Made by a program: the position numbers and the translations under genes. A model generated the notes under the pieces. It was given only the letters and a program-made list of their open reading frames with translations. It was not told where the DNA came from and searched no databases. DNA of 63,395 nt, filler included, from Bigelowiella natans CCMP2755 (lineage: Eukaryota > Protista > Cercozoa), in NCBI GenBank assembly GCA_000320545.1. It is 8 parts of 8 records of this genome, joined end to end, with 100 filler letters (N's around TTAATTAATTAA, not from the genome) between each part and the next. Parts side by side here need not be neighbours in the genome. Positions count along the whole stretch, not along the records: positions 38,376 to 42,629 come from ADNK01003039.1; positions 42,730 to 46,657 come from ADNK01001442.1; positions 46,758 to 50,449 come from ADNK01001556.1; positions 50,550 to 60,098 come from ADNK01002774.1; 4 more parts are not named here. The stretch is one strand, 5' to 3'. This document shows positions 41,302 through 54,325 of the stretch, piece by piece (position 1 is the first letter of the stretch; each line of letters begins with the position of its first letter).

Positions 41302-42420
41302 ATGAGAAAATACATCGACTTTAGCCATATTTTCCTCATGGCGACACTGCTCATTTCACTGGCGAGGCTGTACGGAAACCTCTCTGATGATACAGAAATT
41401 CATGCATTGGAGATCGAAGGCTTTGCGAATCAGGGGGGAGCGTTGGAAGGAGAATCTGTGTCAGCGGTAGCAGAACCTCCGGTGAAACACACGAGCTGCC
41501 GTATTGCCATCCTCCTCGTTGGGTTCGACTTCACTAACCCTCATATTTAAATCATTGTGATTTGTCATTTGTATTGTTTCCTTGCACAGCTGCTCTATTT
41601 GCGTTGCCTCCCTGTTTCATGCATATCGTCTGTGCTCTCCCTTTGTCAGTCATTACAAAATCGTAAACGCAACCATCCACGGGAAGCTTCTCCTAGAGAA
41701 CGTGGTGAAGCCTCTCCACGCTGATCTATACGTCTCTGCTGACGCTCCTCCAGACGCCCCAAAAGGGTAGTATCACGATCTTTGCCAGACAAACAGTGTT
41801 GGATATTGAAGCGGATGTTAATTTCAGCTTACTTGTTAGTAGTATTCCTACGAATGCCTGTGCGCCGCAAAAGGCTTTCAGACCATGGATATTCAAATAA
41901 GTGCACGCGTGTCCTCACGCAACAAGCGAGAACACATACTCACACCTAATTCCCATGCCCACAGAAAAGACCTGGAGGAAATTGTCCGTATTCTTGGAAG
42001 CACTGTTAAAGGCGTAGTCCTGACAAACGCGACGGTAAAAGGGCTGAGAGCTTCGTTTCCTGGTTCGCCCAAGCTGCGGCAGGCAAGTATTCTGCCGCAG
42101 ATACCGAACCTTAGCTACCTGCTCAAAGCGACAGGTGGCTTTCCCTTCTCCCGCAAGCGCATCGTTCATCGCTTGTAAGCATTGTTTTTCCTAGCGAGCC
42201 CCGCTGCGATCCTTGGGTTTTTCTGGAAAGTCTGATGCAGGCGAATGTGTTTCTCTCCTCCTCCTCCTCCTCCTCGTCGTCGTCGTCGTCGTGTTAGGCG
42301 GACAGGGTCCAAATTCCGGGTCAGGCCCACAATGGTTCCGGCTCAAGTACGCGTGGGAGCTTATGGAGTCGGCGGAGAAGGAAAGCGGCCAATCCTATGA
42401 TATTGTTATCAAGCTTAGGT
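41302..42420 (+). CDS. Type II membrane, glycosyltransferase-like hypothetical protein; 3' truncated
   Basis: N-terminal TM segment, then CRIAILLVG..LLENVVKPLHADLYVS..QWFRLKYAWELMESAEKESGQSYDIVIKLR (YDxVIKxRxD-type motif). Confidence 0.5.
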
Positions 42421-42729
42421 TGCAACCCATAAGTCGTGAGTGATCGGAGGGGAAGGGGGAAGGGGGAAGGGGGGGGGAGAGAAGAGAGAAGAGTTGCTCA
42501 AAGCGTTGCGAAACTCGTGCTAGTATGTATCGGAGAAGTTTTATTTGAATACGCTTCTCCCGCTCCAGGCTGCAACGCGTTGCCTGATCCTTCGCCTTTT
42601 CTGCTGGCATGTATTCCCCCCCCCCCCCCNNNNNNNNNNNNNNNNNNNNNNNNNNNNNNNNNNNNNNNNNNNNTTAATTAATTAANNNNNNNNNNNNNNN
42701 NNNNNNNNNNNNNNNNNNNNNNNNNNNNN

Positions 42730-44349
42730 GAGAGAGAGAGAGAGAGAGAGAGAAAGAATAGCGACCTATGTGGTGGTGATGACCACATTAATCGATCTAC
42801 GTTTCTCACACGCACATGCACACACACACGCACACACACACGCACACACACACGCACACGCACAAGACCGCCCAACATCTAGCATCGGAGATGGACTTTT
42901 TTCTCTTCATCTTCATACAGACACGACAGTCTCGATAACTCGATGATTAGTTACCGGAATGAGCACCACACAGGTGACGAAGCCCATCACCGAGCCGCTG
43001 CGAGGGAGGGGGGAGAGTGAGCGGGAACGATGTTGGATATTTGCACAAAACAATGATTTCGCGGACGAATATCAGACAGCAATGCAGCATCACATAGGTT
43101 TTTCCCAATCCAATGAAAGAGGACAAATAGAAATCGTAGTAGCACCGTTGCGCGAAGACTGCCTCCTCCCCGAAGAAGAACTATGTAGTAGTAGCATAGT
43201 GGAAAGTAACCTCAGAGCCCCGTCCGTCCGTTGTCATAACAAATGTTTAGAAAAAACGATATCGAGGTCGTCGTTGTGGTGGCCCCCTCCCTACTCTCCT
43301 TTCATTCCCTTCCTGCTAGTGATCTCAATCATCTCAAGCGCTTTAACTGTGAAGGTTTGTTCAACCTGCACGAATGGAGGGAGCAGGTCCCCCAAGATGA
43401 TTTGGCGCCCAATAAGGTTTCTAGTGAATGAGGGGAAACAGAAGATAGACCAACCACAACTCAATTCAGAGCTCGAAAACTGGAGGCGTAAGAGGATAGC
43501 GACGACACTTTCACATCAGCACCTCACGGTGACATCATCACGTGCCGTGTACGAACGAACTTGTCGCCAAAAATATTCCATTACCCGAGAGTGTAGAGGA
43601 GAATCGCTCCCTCGGAGAAATTAGCTGCGAAGGGCCCATATGTCTCCACTGCCACTTCTTTGTATGAGAAACGATTCAAAGCCTCCGCGCATCTAAATGT
43701 GTGACAGGTAAGGGGTTGAGGAGAGGAGGAGGAGGAGGAGGAGGAGGAGGAGGAGGAGATGGTTCACTATTAACCCGGATATTCTATGTCTGCCCGGGGA
43801 TGAAATCGCTCCCCGGAAATATAGTATCTTCCCATCATCACCACCTTGCTAGAAGCATAAATGAGTAGGTTGAGGCCATCCAGACAGATACGCAGATGAG
43901 GACAGCTGGTACCAACCCTGCCCAACCCAATGATAATATCATTAAAAGGAATCATCAACACGCAAACACATGCACAAGCTCGCCTCGTGCGTTGTTTGAA
44001 GTCTCGTGCTGGTGATTTATCACCTGCAGCTCTGAAAGCATAGGGTAGAGCCAACACACCGGCACCAATAATCATGTTTGTCATGTTGAATATGCTGCTT
44101 GAAGTCGTCGCCCCCACCTTCGCCTATTGGGACGTACAAAAAGGGACGGAAAACAACAGAAGATCGATGGGAGGAAAAAATTAGCAAAATTGTATCAAGG
44201 TGCTCTCTGGTCAACACGAGTAAATGGTCCCTTGAGAACATGCTCTGCTCAGAGACGTGCTTCCGGGTACCACTCACGATCGCTTCGCATCGTACCTTGG
44301 CGACTACCGGCTTTCCCGTCAGCAACCCGGTGTCTAAACCGCCAGCCAT
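42730..44349 (-). CDS. Amino acid transporter (Aa_trans / SLC38-AVT family); 3' truncated
   Basis: MAGGLDTGLLTGKPVVAK-AKVGATTSSSIFNMTNMIIGAGVLALPYAFRAAG-..LVPAVLI..SYKEVAVETYG. The N..IGAGVLALPYAF motif is diagnostic. Confidence 0.85.
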
Positions 44350-44946
44350 TTTCGCTTGCAGAGCTTAAATTAACTCTTGCGTAAAAGGATGGAGGGTAGG
44401 AGGGATTGCCTTGCGGTTCGTGGGACAGCAGCAGCACGAGCACAGGAGCCCAGGTACGTGCTTGGACGGAGAAAGACCGATCTTTTCAGAAATATCGCCA
44501 TTTTCGTAGATGCGCTTGTACAGGTCAATCTTCAGGGATTCTATCCTTACGACAACCAAAAAGAGAACCCTGAACATTTATTTCCCGATTTCGTGCCAAG
44601 ATTTCTCGACATTCAGGGACAGGTTGAATTCAGGGATGAGGGGGGTACCACGGAAGAGAAGCCTGGGATCGTTTTGAGATTATTGCAATTAGTTTTAGAT
44701 TCGCGACATGGAATCCACACCGATATGATGGAAATTCGGTCGCTCTCTGGAGATTTCGACGTATCCGAGTACAGAGCTGCTGGGACCTTTTTCTAAGCGA
44801 CAGACATCTGAAGTGTCTGTCGAATCATTATAAGGGAAAGGCCACACAGGATCGATGTGTGACCGGCTGTCTTTATTTGGTTGGTACGCCAAGGAGATTA
44901 CATCCTAATATTCTGGCCTATGTCAGGTTTGTGCAAGAACCCGTAA

Positions 44947-45311
44947 GAGGAACTTGGACTGCTCCAGTCGCTAGGGCCTTCGCACGACTGTGAATGTGAA
45001 CAGAAAACGCGACGCGTTCATTCAGGAATTTGGAGCTAGTGAGCTAGTGGGCTGAGCTTTGATTGTTTTCGGTTTTCATCCCACACGAACGTGAGAAGGG
45101 AGAAGCACATGCGAGCCGAGTGTGGCGCCATCCATCATTCATCAAGTGGTCATCATCGTCACATGATGTGATCATTGCCCAATCATCATCATCATCGTCA
45201 TCACTGCCACCGTCATCATCATCGACGTTCTCGCTTTCTGCACTTCCACGCTAGCACGGAGAACGCCTGCTAGCCTGCTCTAGCGCTGCCTGACAAGCTG
45301 CTTGTTGCGCG
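44947..45311. other. TpA-eroded island 4, abutting the Gypsy fragment
   Basis: Manual count: 6 TpA in ~365 bp, all six inside CTAG. Confidence 0.8.
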
Positions 45312-45334
45312 TAAGGTGTTCACAGGCCGAGGCG

Positions 45335-46657
45335 CTACGTGCACAAGTAGGCAGGGGGGGGAAAGGCACGTTTGCTTCCTTTTGAAGAGTTGTGTTTATT
45401 TTTCGATCTCAGATTTACCTTGGCCCTAACATACTGTCCTTCCTTTAGAACTCGGCCATCGTACGGGACCTTCTCGTCTTCGCTCTCGGTATCGTCGTCG
45501 TTGTCGTCGCCTTCTTCCCTCTCCTTAACCTTGATACCTCCCCCAGACGTGAAGGTGTCGTTTACTAACCCTTGTATCTTGTCTGGTGTGGTGCTATTTA
45601 TCCTGCTTAGGTTGGCCAAGGTGCGGTGGAGTCGCTCTACCTTGGAGTTGGACTGGGCATAGTATACAGGTGAGGCATCAATATTAGGGTGTGGTAGCTG
45701 TAGAAGAGAGGTCTCATTATCCACATGTAACTTCTTTGGTATCTTGTTTATGCTAACTTCATCAGGGATAGCCTGGAGCTCAGACTCCCAGGTACGGTAG
45801 CAGTTAGTAAGCCTCTGCTTATATAAGCCTTTGTTCTTCTTAGCAACGTTGACCTTGATAATCTTTTTAACCCAGCACTTTCCAGTGGCCACATCAACGA
45901 AGGTAAGGTAGTGATAGCCATCGTACTTATAAACATCAATTTGCACGATATCTAAGAAGTTCCTTGCTTTGATTTTCTTAGATGCACGGCTCTTGCTGGA
46001 CTCCTTGGTGGCGACGCCTGCCGCCTTCAAGCTGGAGCACCTGCAGCCACGCAGGTATGTCCTTATCTCTTTTAGCTTGTAGGGCCAGTAGTAATGGTAG
46101 AGTAGAGCAGTGATATGGTTTTCTCCTACGTGTGCAGGTCCATGGGCGGTAAAGAGAAGGGCTCCCCTGGTCCGCCGTGGCACGTAGGTACGCCTAACAT
46201 TATTAGTGTATACATATATCCTATCACTAAGTACCTCATGCTTGTGTTTGTATTTATCCAGGTGTTCTTGAAGGTGCTGGAGCTCCTCTGGCTCAGGCAG
46301 GAAGTCGCCGTCCTCGAAGGTAATCGCGTTAACCATAGGGGTGACCTGGGTAGGGACTTTCTTTTCGAACAGCCTGCTGAAATAGTCAGCAAGCTGCTTG
46401 TCTCCTGGTGCGTAGACCACTGTCCTCTTGTCCCTAAACTCTTCCGTGTCCGCCCTCATAGCTGCATACTCATCGTTAGGCGCTTCGAGCTTGCGGTCGA
46501 TGCCTAGGAGGGGCTTGTGGTCAGTCATTAAGGTGAAGCTGGGCACCGACAGCAGGTAGTATCTTAGTTTCCTCTGCGCCTCAGTCATGGCTTTATACTC
46601 TCCTTTTGTAGGGCTGTACTTGGCCTCAGCTGCTGTGCAGGCCTGCCCCACACCCCG
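45335..46657 (-). mobile_element. Ty3/Gypsy LTR-retrotransposon pol fragment (RNase H C-terminus, integrase HHCC, rve core)
   Basis: RNase H: YSPTKGE..YLLSVPSFTLMTDHKPL..YAPGDKQLADYFSR. Zn finger: AHGPAHVG..YYWP..GCRC. DDE core: QIDV..FVDVAT..VDNE..QSNSKVERLHRTL. RNH-then-INT order indicates Gypsy. It is cut by the gap at the 5' end and no LTR is seen. Confidence 0.9.
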
Positions 46658-47100
46658 NNNNNNNNNNNNNNNNNNNNNNNNNNNNNNNNNNNNNNNNNNN
46701 NTTAATTAATTAANNNNNNNNNNNNNNNNNNNNNNNNNNNNNNNNNNNNNNNNNNNNCTCTTCTGCACGAGGGGGGAGAGGGAGGGGGAGGGGGAGGAGG
46801 GTTGGAATGAGAACGAACGAAAGAGGAAGACGTGCAAATAATGGTAGAAGGAAAAAATTATCATCAGCCAAGAGCAACATTGCCATTTAATCTGGACGAA
46901 TATCAACCTTTTCATCGTCGTTTAAGTCTTCTTCCTTGATTTCGCCTTCGCTGCCGCCTTTTCACACGATTACGTCGTAAGTTGCGGATCAAACTAAAGT
47001 CTAACGGCACTAAAGAGGACGATGGCCTTCACAGCCAAACGACAAGTGAACAAAGTCGTACTGAAGAACTCACGAATATACCCCCCCCCCCCCCCCCCCC

Positions 47101-47143
<43 letters not shown>

Positions 47144-47353
47144 GTATTCCTATGCTTTCTCAACCACACTTCCATCTTTCGAACGCATTATTACGCTTTA
47201 CTCGCGCTGTTTTTGCATCGCCATCAGCATCACCTGCTGCTGCCTCATTAAAGGCTTTACACGCCTCGAGCTGTAAGCTAGCAGTTGAAGAGCCGCCGCT
47301 ACCACTTATTCTATGATAAAAATAAAAGACAAGTGTAAAGAAACCTCTCGGCT

Positions 47354-47621
47354 ATGGCGACCCAACATGTCGTAACTGCTTCGCTCGTTTCTTACTTATC
47401 TGTCAGCACGGCCCAATCCTGCACCGCTTTTATTTCGTCTGAAAAAGGTAGAATCAGGAACTACACATCCCCAGACGGAGCAAATGATGGACTGATTGAG
47501 CACAGTCTCGAGGACTTGTTTTCAGAATGGTGCTACTTCACAGACGATTCTTCAAGAGTAGGAATTGCAATGTTTTATACGCGTGCGGGTGTGTATGCAC
47601 TCTTTATTAATTAACAAAAAC

Positions 47622-47661
<40 letters not shown>

Positions 47662-48429
47662 GTGTGTGTGTGTGTGTATACATATCAAAGCACGCATAGG
47701 CACATTTGCCGGTGCAATCAATGTCAGAGATGCACTCGTTACCTTCCGTGTCAAATTTGATGAAGAACAACGACGTGGGGGCAAAAACGTCTACTTTTAT
47801 GTTCCTAATAATGGGCCGAGCAGCAACACAGGCAGGGTCAGAGCAAAGGGGAGGGGAGGGGAGGGATGGAAGCAAGATCGGAGCACGAGTGATACATATG
47901 GAGATTTCAAAATGTTATATCCTTACCCGAATAAAGCATCATACCAATTCCGAAATCCATAGCCCTGTTGCGCATTCACAAAGAGAAGAAAACGACAGAC
48001 GCCTCGCCATCAATATCGTCCATAGCATTGCGCAAATCAGGACCAACTCTAGTTGTTTCGTCCCTCCCACGCCCCCACGACCCTACCCTCTCACCCCTAG
48101 ACATCTGTACAAATAAATATTGCTGACGATAAGTTTTCTGCACCCCTTCTGTCATGCGGTCCTTGTCCTTGGTTGACGATGCAAAGAAGCGTCTGGGCGA
48201 GGATTCCATCCTTGTCATTTCCTCCGCCACAGAGCCATGTAAAGGCTGGGGCCTCACTTTAAGGACAGGTGCCTTGGAGGCTGTGAATAATGAATGGCGG
48301 TACCACGGGCACCTCTTCCTACCAAGGCTGCGTGACGGCCTGATCATCGTGCGGGAGGAGGGGGCGGCAGCTGGACGCGTTCTCCCGAAGCCAGATCTGC
48401 CAGCACTGGTGGGCGAGTTTGGGCCTTAG
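47354..48429 (+). CDS. Hypothetical protein (multi-exon)
   Basis: Complex, non-repeat ORF segments bounded by splice sites (47354-47580, ~47690-47835, 48154-48429). No recognisable motif. Confidence 0.35.
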
Positions 48430-48665
48430 ATATTTTCGGTTTAATTTCTTTCCAGGAACGTTTGGCCTCGATTATGTAAGAGCGTCTACACATCGTGCCT
48501 GCCGCAGAGTGCAAGTCTCCAACGTGAACGCACACGGCATTCCCAACTTGATCTAAGGCAGAACACTGCGACAATGGGCATTTTGGGGATGCGACAACCC
48601 TCGCATTGTCGTAGGTAACTTTTGCCCGTGGCACCTTACGGTACGCGTCACACTCTGCCTCTCGC

Positions 48666-49524
48666 ATGTATCCACTGCTCGGAGCTGCATCGCAGTTTCT
48701 TCTTTACCTCAGGTGTTATGTGATTGCAATCAAACAGAGCACAAGGGTTGGAAGGGATGGGGATGGGGCGGGGGGGGGGTGGGCGATTCGGTGCCTGGTT
48801 TTTTTCGACGGTTTGTGCGACCCCCCTCAAAGACACTTAAAACGTCACTTGCAGGATCTGGGCATGGGCGACTCTGGTGCTTGTGGCGATCCTCTTCTTC
48901 GCGCGCTTGTATGGGATGCACAGGCGGACGAATAATCTCCGTCGGCGCTGTGAAGATTTTAATCGGGGCCTCTTCTCGAGAACCTGCAGGTGCGTTCGAG
49001 AGGCGAACGTCATTTCGAGGGGAGGGAGGAAGCTCCCTTGCCCAACAGATCCCTATTCTCTAACGAATATTTGTCTTGTCACATTCTCACTCACTGAGAA
49101 TCTAAGAATTTTTCTATCCATTTCCCCTCTCCACTCCCCCCCACTGCCTGTTCCCCACAGGCTGTCACCATGGTGTGTGTATTGCTCCATTCACCTGCTC
49201 GTGATTTCGGAAGGAACAGCGTGTATCCATGACCCTGATCTGGACAAACGCGTAGCTGTCTTTCTCATCCTTCTCGGACTTTTAGGCCTTCTGGTGAGCG
49301 AAGTTTGAGTTTTCTTCGAATTTACGACTACAATGTTGGCGCGGTCTCTCTGTATCCATACGTCATCACAATTTTATCTTAAATCATGGGCGATTGCTCG
49401 TGATGCATATAGCCTCCTCGTTGGAGATGATGAATGCATATGCCTTTGTTGCTCATTCATTAATGGCCATTTAAAAGGCAATACAATATCGGCGTGCTCA
49501 TGGTTTCCTAACGTTGGTTTTTAT

Positions 49525-49564
<40 letters not shown>

Positions 49565-49571
49565 ACGCACA

Positions 49572-49616
<45 letters not shown>

Positions 49617-49868
49617 ACACTTTATACTTACATTGTGCATCAGATCAACAACACCCAGATCATCGCGAAGCTACCGCCCGCCATGAGCGGCTACTTCCCC
49701 TTCCTTCTCGCCAACTGGGTGCTATCGTTGATCCAATCATTCTGGCTGATGCGATTCAATGGCCCCAACGCCGTGAATCTCGTATGGGCCACGTTTGGTG
49801 AAGCTCATTTGCTAATGGTGCTATGGTTTGCGCTGCTTATGAAGGTCGGTACCCTGATTGCAACATGA
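48666..49868 (+). CDS. Hypothetical multi-pass membrane protein
   Basis: Hydrophobic exons: IWAWATLVLVAILFFARLYG; VAVFLILLGLLGLL; YFPFLLANWVLSLIQSFW..HLLMVLWFALLMKVGTLIAT*. Confidence 0.45.
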
Positions 49869-50411
49869 CGTCACCTCCATGCGATCTACGTAAGATATTT
49901 CAACGAAGGCGCTGTTCACAGCTCTGCGCCTCCTCGTTCCTGCAGTGCTATTATCATCTGTGTATTTTGAAATGGAAGTTTCATCATCATGTGATAGGCG
50001 CAGAAGAATGCAGAAAGAATATCATTGTACTTTTCAAAAGCAACTGACCCCCCCCCCCCCTCCCTTTACGTAGATACACGAGCTCTGTCTCAAGGGATGG
50101 GAGCGGATGAAGGTCTCGATAAGTTCTTCTCGCGGCGATTTCCCCCCCCTCCCCGACCGTCGAGAGCTGAGCGTGGCAGCACTCGGTATGGTAGCGTTCG
50201 CACTCTTCCACTCTTTCTACATCTCCCCCTGGAATAATACCTTCAAGAACGACGAGAGGTAGAGCAAACAGCTGCATCAGGGAGCGTTCCCCACTCCCTG
50301 TCTTTGGCGTGGCGGCGTCTCCGTGTTTTTCCCCCCTCTCTATTGGAAAGAAAAACACTCTGCGTGCGGGCCTTCGGGGCATTCAACTCTCTCCCCTACT
50401 ATATGTACTCC

Positions 50412-50449
<38 letters not shown>

Positions 50450-50549
50450 NNNNNNNNNNNNNNNNNNNNNNNNNNNNNNNNNNNNNNNNNNNNTTAATTA
50501 ATTAANNNNNNNNNNNNNNNNNNNNNNNNNNNNNNNNNNNNNNNNNNNN

Positions 50550-50615
<66 letters not shown>

Positions 50616-50633
50616 GAAGATAAAACAGCTTAC

Positions 50634-51212
50634 GTTGTATCGTCGCTGCGGCGGTTTTAAGCCTGTATCAGGGTAGCAGTAGCAGCAGCAGCAGTAGTAA
50701 TGATTAGCACACACTTCTTGATCTCCCCAGTGCCATTTCCAACACACATTCAACGCAGATTATTATTCCACTCCCCCTTCCCTCCCATTATTTCTTCTCC
50801 TCCTCCTCCTCCTCCTCCTATCAGTCCTCTCCCTTATGATCCTGACCTGTTTAGGTCCGAGAAGTCCCGAAATATCGGGTCAAATTTGTGGCTGTCGCCC
50901 GTGTTGAACTCCAAAAACTGGCAATATTTAGCAAAAAGTGAAGAGAACCAATTAGGGGCACAAAATGGTGGTCAAGCCTCTCAGATGGCGTCAATTATGG
51001 ATACACAAAGCACCATGATCTTCACTCTACACCACCTGACGAATCATCTTCTTGCCAGCTTCTGTTTTTCTGCGATTTTTGTCTACTGCTTCCAATTGCT
51101 GGCCTGGGTGACCGCAGCAGCAGAGAGGGGTGATAATGGTAACGGGCACAGTGGCATGGGAAAAATTAAAATGACGTATATCAGCAGGAGTGAAACGTCG
51201 CATTAAATTCGC

Positions 51213-51255
<43 letters not shown>

Positions 51256-52420
51256 AAAATATGAATGGGCACACGAGTACGCACAGACATAAGCACGTGT
51301 ATTTGGTTCGAGTGCGTATTCGATGGGGAGATATCTGATGTCAGTGTGAGAGTAGGAAATGGAGAAATATGAGTTAGGAACGAAGAAGAAAGCTAAACAC
51401 GATCACCAGTACGGACTGCCGTGTGTGAAACCTGAACAAGAGAAACATCCATCATTGTCAACTGCAATCCCTTCCGTCCTCTCTTAGATATAATTCAACC
51501 CTCGCAATGTTATGTCACCACCTTTGATATCCTTTGGTCAAGCGATTGGAATTTGGAGCGAATGGTGTGGAATTTGCTGTTAAGATCCTTGAGTTCTTTC
51601 TTGTGGTGCTGTCGCAAGAAAACGGCGATCAACCGACATGTAAGTTGCCGCGTACAGATTCAATTCAGACAAAATACTTACTTAACGACGGGGTTAAGTA
51701 ATCCATAACGACACTCAAGGCAAGGGGTTTTCGATAAATAGAGGAGCAACGTATACAGAGTATATATGACTACTTCCTCGTTGTTCTCTTACGAGTTGTA
51801 GATTTTTTGGAATTGGTGTGCTTTGATTCGTATCGAACCTTCTCCGCCTCCTTAGTCTCCTCTATAAGAACCCGTATGTCATCGTCCACCTAGGAAGGAA
51901 TATGATATTTATAACTCTATTTTGCGCGTACTTTGTGAAAATTCGAACCTTCGTTCGCAGCCCGCGAAGGTCCTCAATCGCCCTTTCAAGTAAATCTTGA
52001 TAGGGCTGCGGATTGAAGTCTTTGCCTGCCAACAAAATGGCCATTACACAATCGTGACATCTAGCGCAACGAATCATGTGTTCAGTCTATGTAGCTAACG
52101 GCATCATCATCGGGCCCACCTCCATCTGCGATTTGTTTCACCTATATGATATAGTGGAGTAACACGTCGTCAGTTTTGGAATGGGTTTTCGTAATCTCTC
52201 TGTATGCTTCGTGGGCTGGACTATGGTAAGCAATGCGTCAAATTGGATGCTGCTTTCTTGTTTCATATATTGTTTTAGGGAATATTTGATTCCCACAAGC
52301 AGACCTCCTCATCGAAGCCATAGATCGGAGATGTTAGCTTTTGAATGAAGATTTTGGGGTCAAATGCATGCTCGAAATCGGCCAAGCTGAGGTCATAGGT
52401 GGACAGCACGGAGCTATGAC
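50634..52420 (-). CDS. SEC10: Exocyst component Sec10/EXOC5, N-terminal part; start exon unresolved, 3' truncated
   Basis: LADFEHAFDPKIFIQKLT..DFNPQPYQDLLERAIEDL..HKKELKDL..FQSLDQRISKV..TAVRTG..QLEAVDKNRRK..QFLEFNTG..TAAATIQ follows the Sec10 N-terminal pattern. Confidence 0.75.
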
Positions 52421-53200
52421 CTAGTTGAGTCGAAATAATCATCACGATAAATAACAAGATCAAACAAATCCCATCAAAATTGACGAAAGAAATCTTTCAA
52501 ATTCATCCGATGACGTATTGACAAGGAGCGCAGTCTTGTCTCATGCATGCATCTTTCGTTTTAATCAATGATCTTCCCCCAATTCACAACCAAATTCAAT
52601 AGCATCATGTTAGACTGCAATCTCATCCTCCCATCCCCCCCCCCTTGCCCGAAATGCATTGCACCAGCACTCCGCTGAGAGTGCATCAGAGTGTTTCGTG
52701 GCTTTCAGATCTACAAAAGCCTTTAGCTGTGAATCCGTACTACCTATAAAGTAGGCGAAAATATATCATTTTACCTAATAATATGCATTCCACATGTAAT
52801 ATCAACGGCATCCTCATTTTAGCCTTACTATCCCGACATGAAATGATCATTTTATACATGATAGTGTTAATTTTTTATCGATAATATAACCCTCTTCTAT
52901 GTTCTTTTCATAGTTTATAAGGAAATCATGTATCGGAGATTCAGAGGTATCTGACATCAATCTATCCTCGATATTTTCGGTAAATTCCATATTAAATATT
53001 TGTCAGAAAAGAAAGTGGAAGAATCTCGGAAATCCATGAAACCCAGCCTCGGATTCCATTTGGAGTTACCTGCATGGATCTCGAGATTGCCAGTCGCGCC
53101 ATCATTTCCATCTCCGACTGGAACCTATTTCCCTACTACGTCAAGAGAAATTGCACGTCTTTCTGAATAAAAGGAAGGGAATTTTCGTTTCAAAATCGAT

Positions 53201-54186
53201 ATGTTCAACCGTGTTGCCCCCCTCCTGCTAGTTTCTGTTTTGGCGTCCGGCATCAAGCTGGATGCACCTAAGGTCGACGTCCTAGCCTGCACCGAGGCCT
53301 TCTGACCCGGGTGCCAAGGTGAAGACCATACGTTGCCTTGCTTTGGCGATTGCCATGAGTTGTTTGGCTCTTGTTTTTGGTGGCTCATGTACTTTAGGGT
53401 TCATTACCGGGCCCCTCCACAAAGCGTGGAACACTGAAGATTGGAACACCATTGGTTATATATCACTATCATTCAAATTCTCTGACTTTTTTGTTTATAT
53501 TTTGGTCCTCATTTGAAAACTGATACATATTTTCTTATTCATTAGTAAACCTCACGCTCGTTCCCTACGGCAATGCTCGTATGTCGCTCGGGAAAGTATC
53601 CTGTCAGCATGGAGAGGAAGAATGCGAAGGAAATCGTTGGGAGCAGGTATTTGACACTACAAAATACCCCATTATCTCAAATTGGGTGGTTATTTCCCTG
53701 TGCAATAATCTCAGTGTGCCATCGCTCACTACCCGGACGCTACCGAGTACTTCCCATTCTACTATTGCATGGAGTCTGAAGGCGACAACATGCTAAAACA
53801 CGTGAAGGACTGTGCCTCAAAAGCAAATATGGACTACGATACTCTCAGCACTTGCTACAACTCGAAGGAGAGCGATGAGCTACAAAAGAAAGCCGCGGAG
53901 ATGACTCCTTCTGACCATCAAGTACTGCTATAAATATTTGCAAAGCTCGTGATATAACTCTTTTACATCTTAGTACGTTCCTTGGGTACTTGTAAACGGA
54001 GAAAAGAGTCCATCGGATGGAGGTAACATATATGTTTTTGAAATTCGGGCCTTCTATACAGATTACACTTTTCATTTTAACCTAGATCAAATTCTCGAAG
54101 AGGTGTGCAATGCCTACAAAGGAACCCCGCCAAAAGCTTGCAGTTCCCTGCAGAAATCCAAAAACTGGAAACGCTGCACTATGTAA
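53201..54186 (+). CDS. GILT: GILT (gamma-interferon-inducible lysosomal thiol reductase) family selenoprotein; TGA 53303-53305 read as Sec in UxxC
   Basis: MFNRVAPLLLVSVLASG (signal)..KVDVLACTEAF-TGA-PGCQ-GFITGPL..NLTLVPYGNA..CQHGEEECEGNRWEQ-CAI..YVPWVLVNG..VCNAYKGTPPKAC, ending TAA 54184-54186. CQHGxxECxxN is the GILT signature. The TGA sits at the first Cys of the CxxC active site. Confidence 0.9.
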
Positions 54187-54265
54187 ATATTTCTTTTGAC
54201 TGTGTCCCGTATTAGTAGATATTGGCGTCATGGAAACGATTTGTGAGAGTACAAGATATCAAATT

Positions 54266-54320
54266 ATGATGAACTAAACCGAAAACTGGGAACAAATGAT
54301 TCTATCGGTTCAGTTTTGAA
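54266..54320 (+). promoter_or_regulatory. Candidate SECIS element 1 (canonical AUGA..AAA..GA)
   Basis: ATGAT-GAACTAAACCGA-AAA-loop-TCGGTTCAGTTT-TGAA. Helix II pairs at 11 of 12 positions, the apical AAA is at the expected distance, and the core has tandem G.A pairs. The lower helix is weak. Confidence 0.65.
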
Positions 54321-54325
54321 AAAGG

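Noticed and set aside
42959-43624. 221-aa plus-strand ORF (likewise 44377-44796 and 46115-46507)
   Set aside because: No motifs. The first and third are antisense shadows of the transporter and Gypsy coding sequences; 44377-44796 has no supporting evidence.
53303-53305. GILT as a nonsense pseudogene or an alternative genetic code
   Set aside because: The single TGA falls exactly on the catalytic Cys, the rest of the gene is intact, and SECIS-like hairpins follow. TGA acts as a normal stop elsewhere (13888-13890) and Trp is encoded by TGG.
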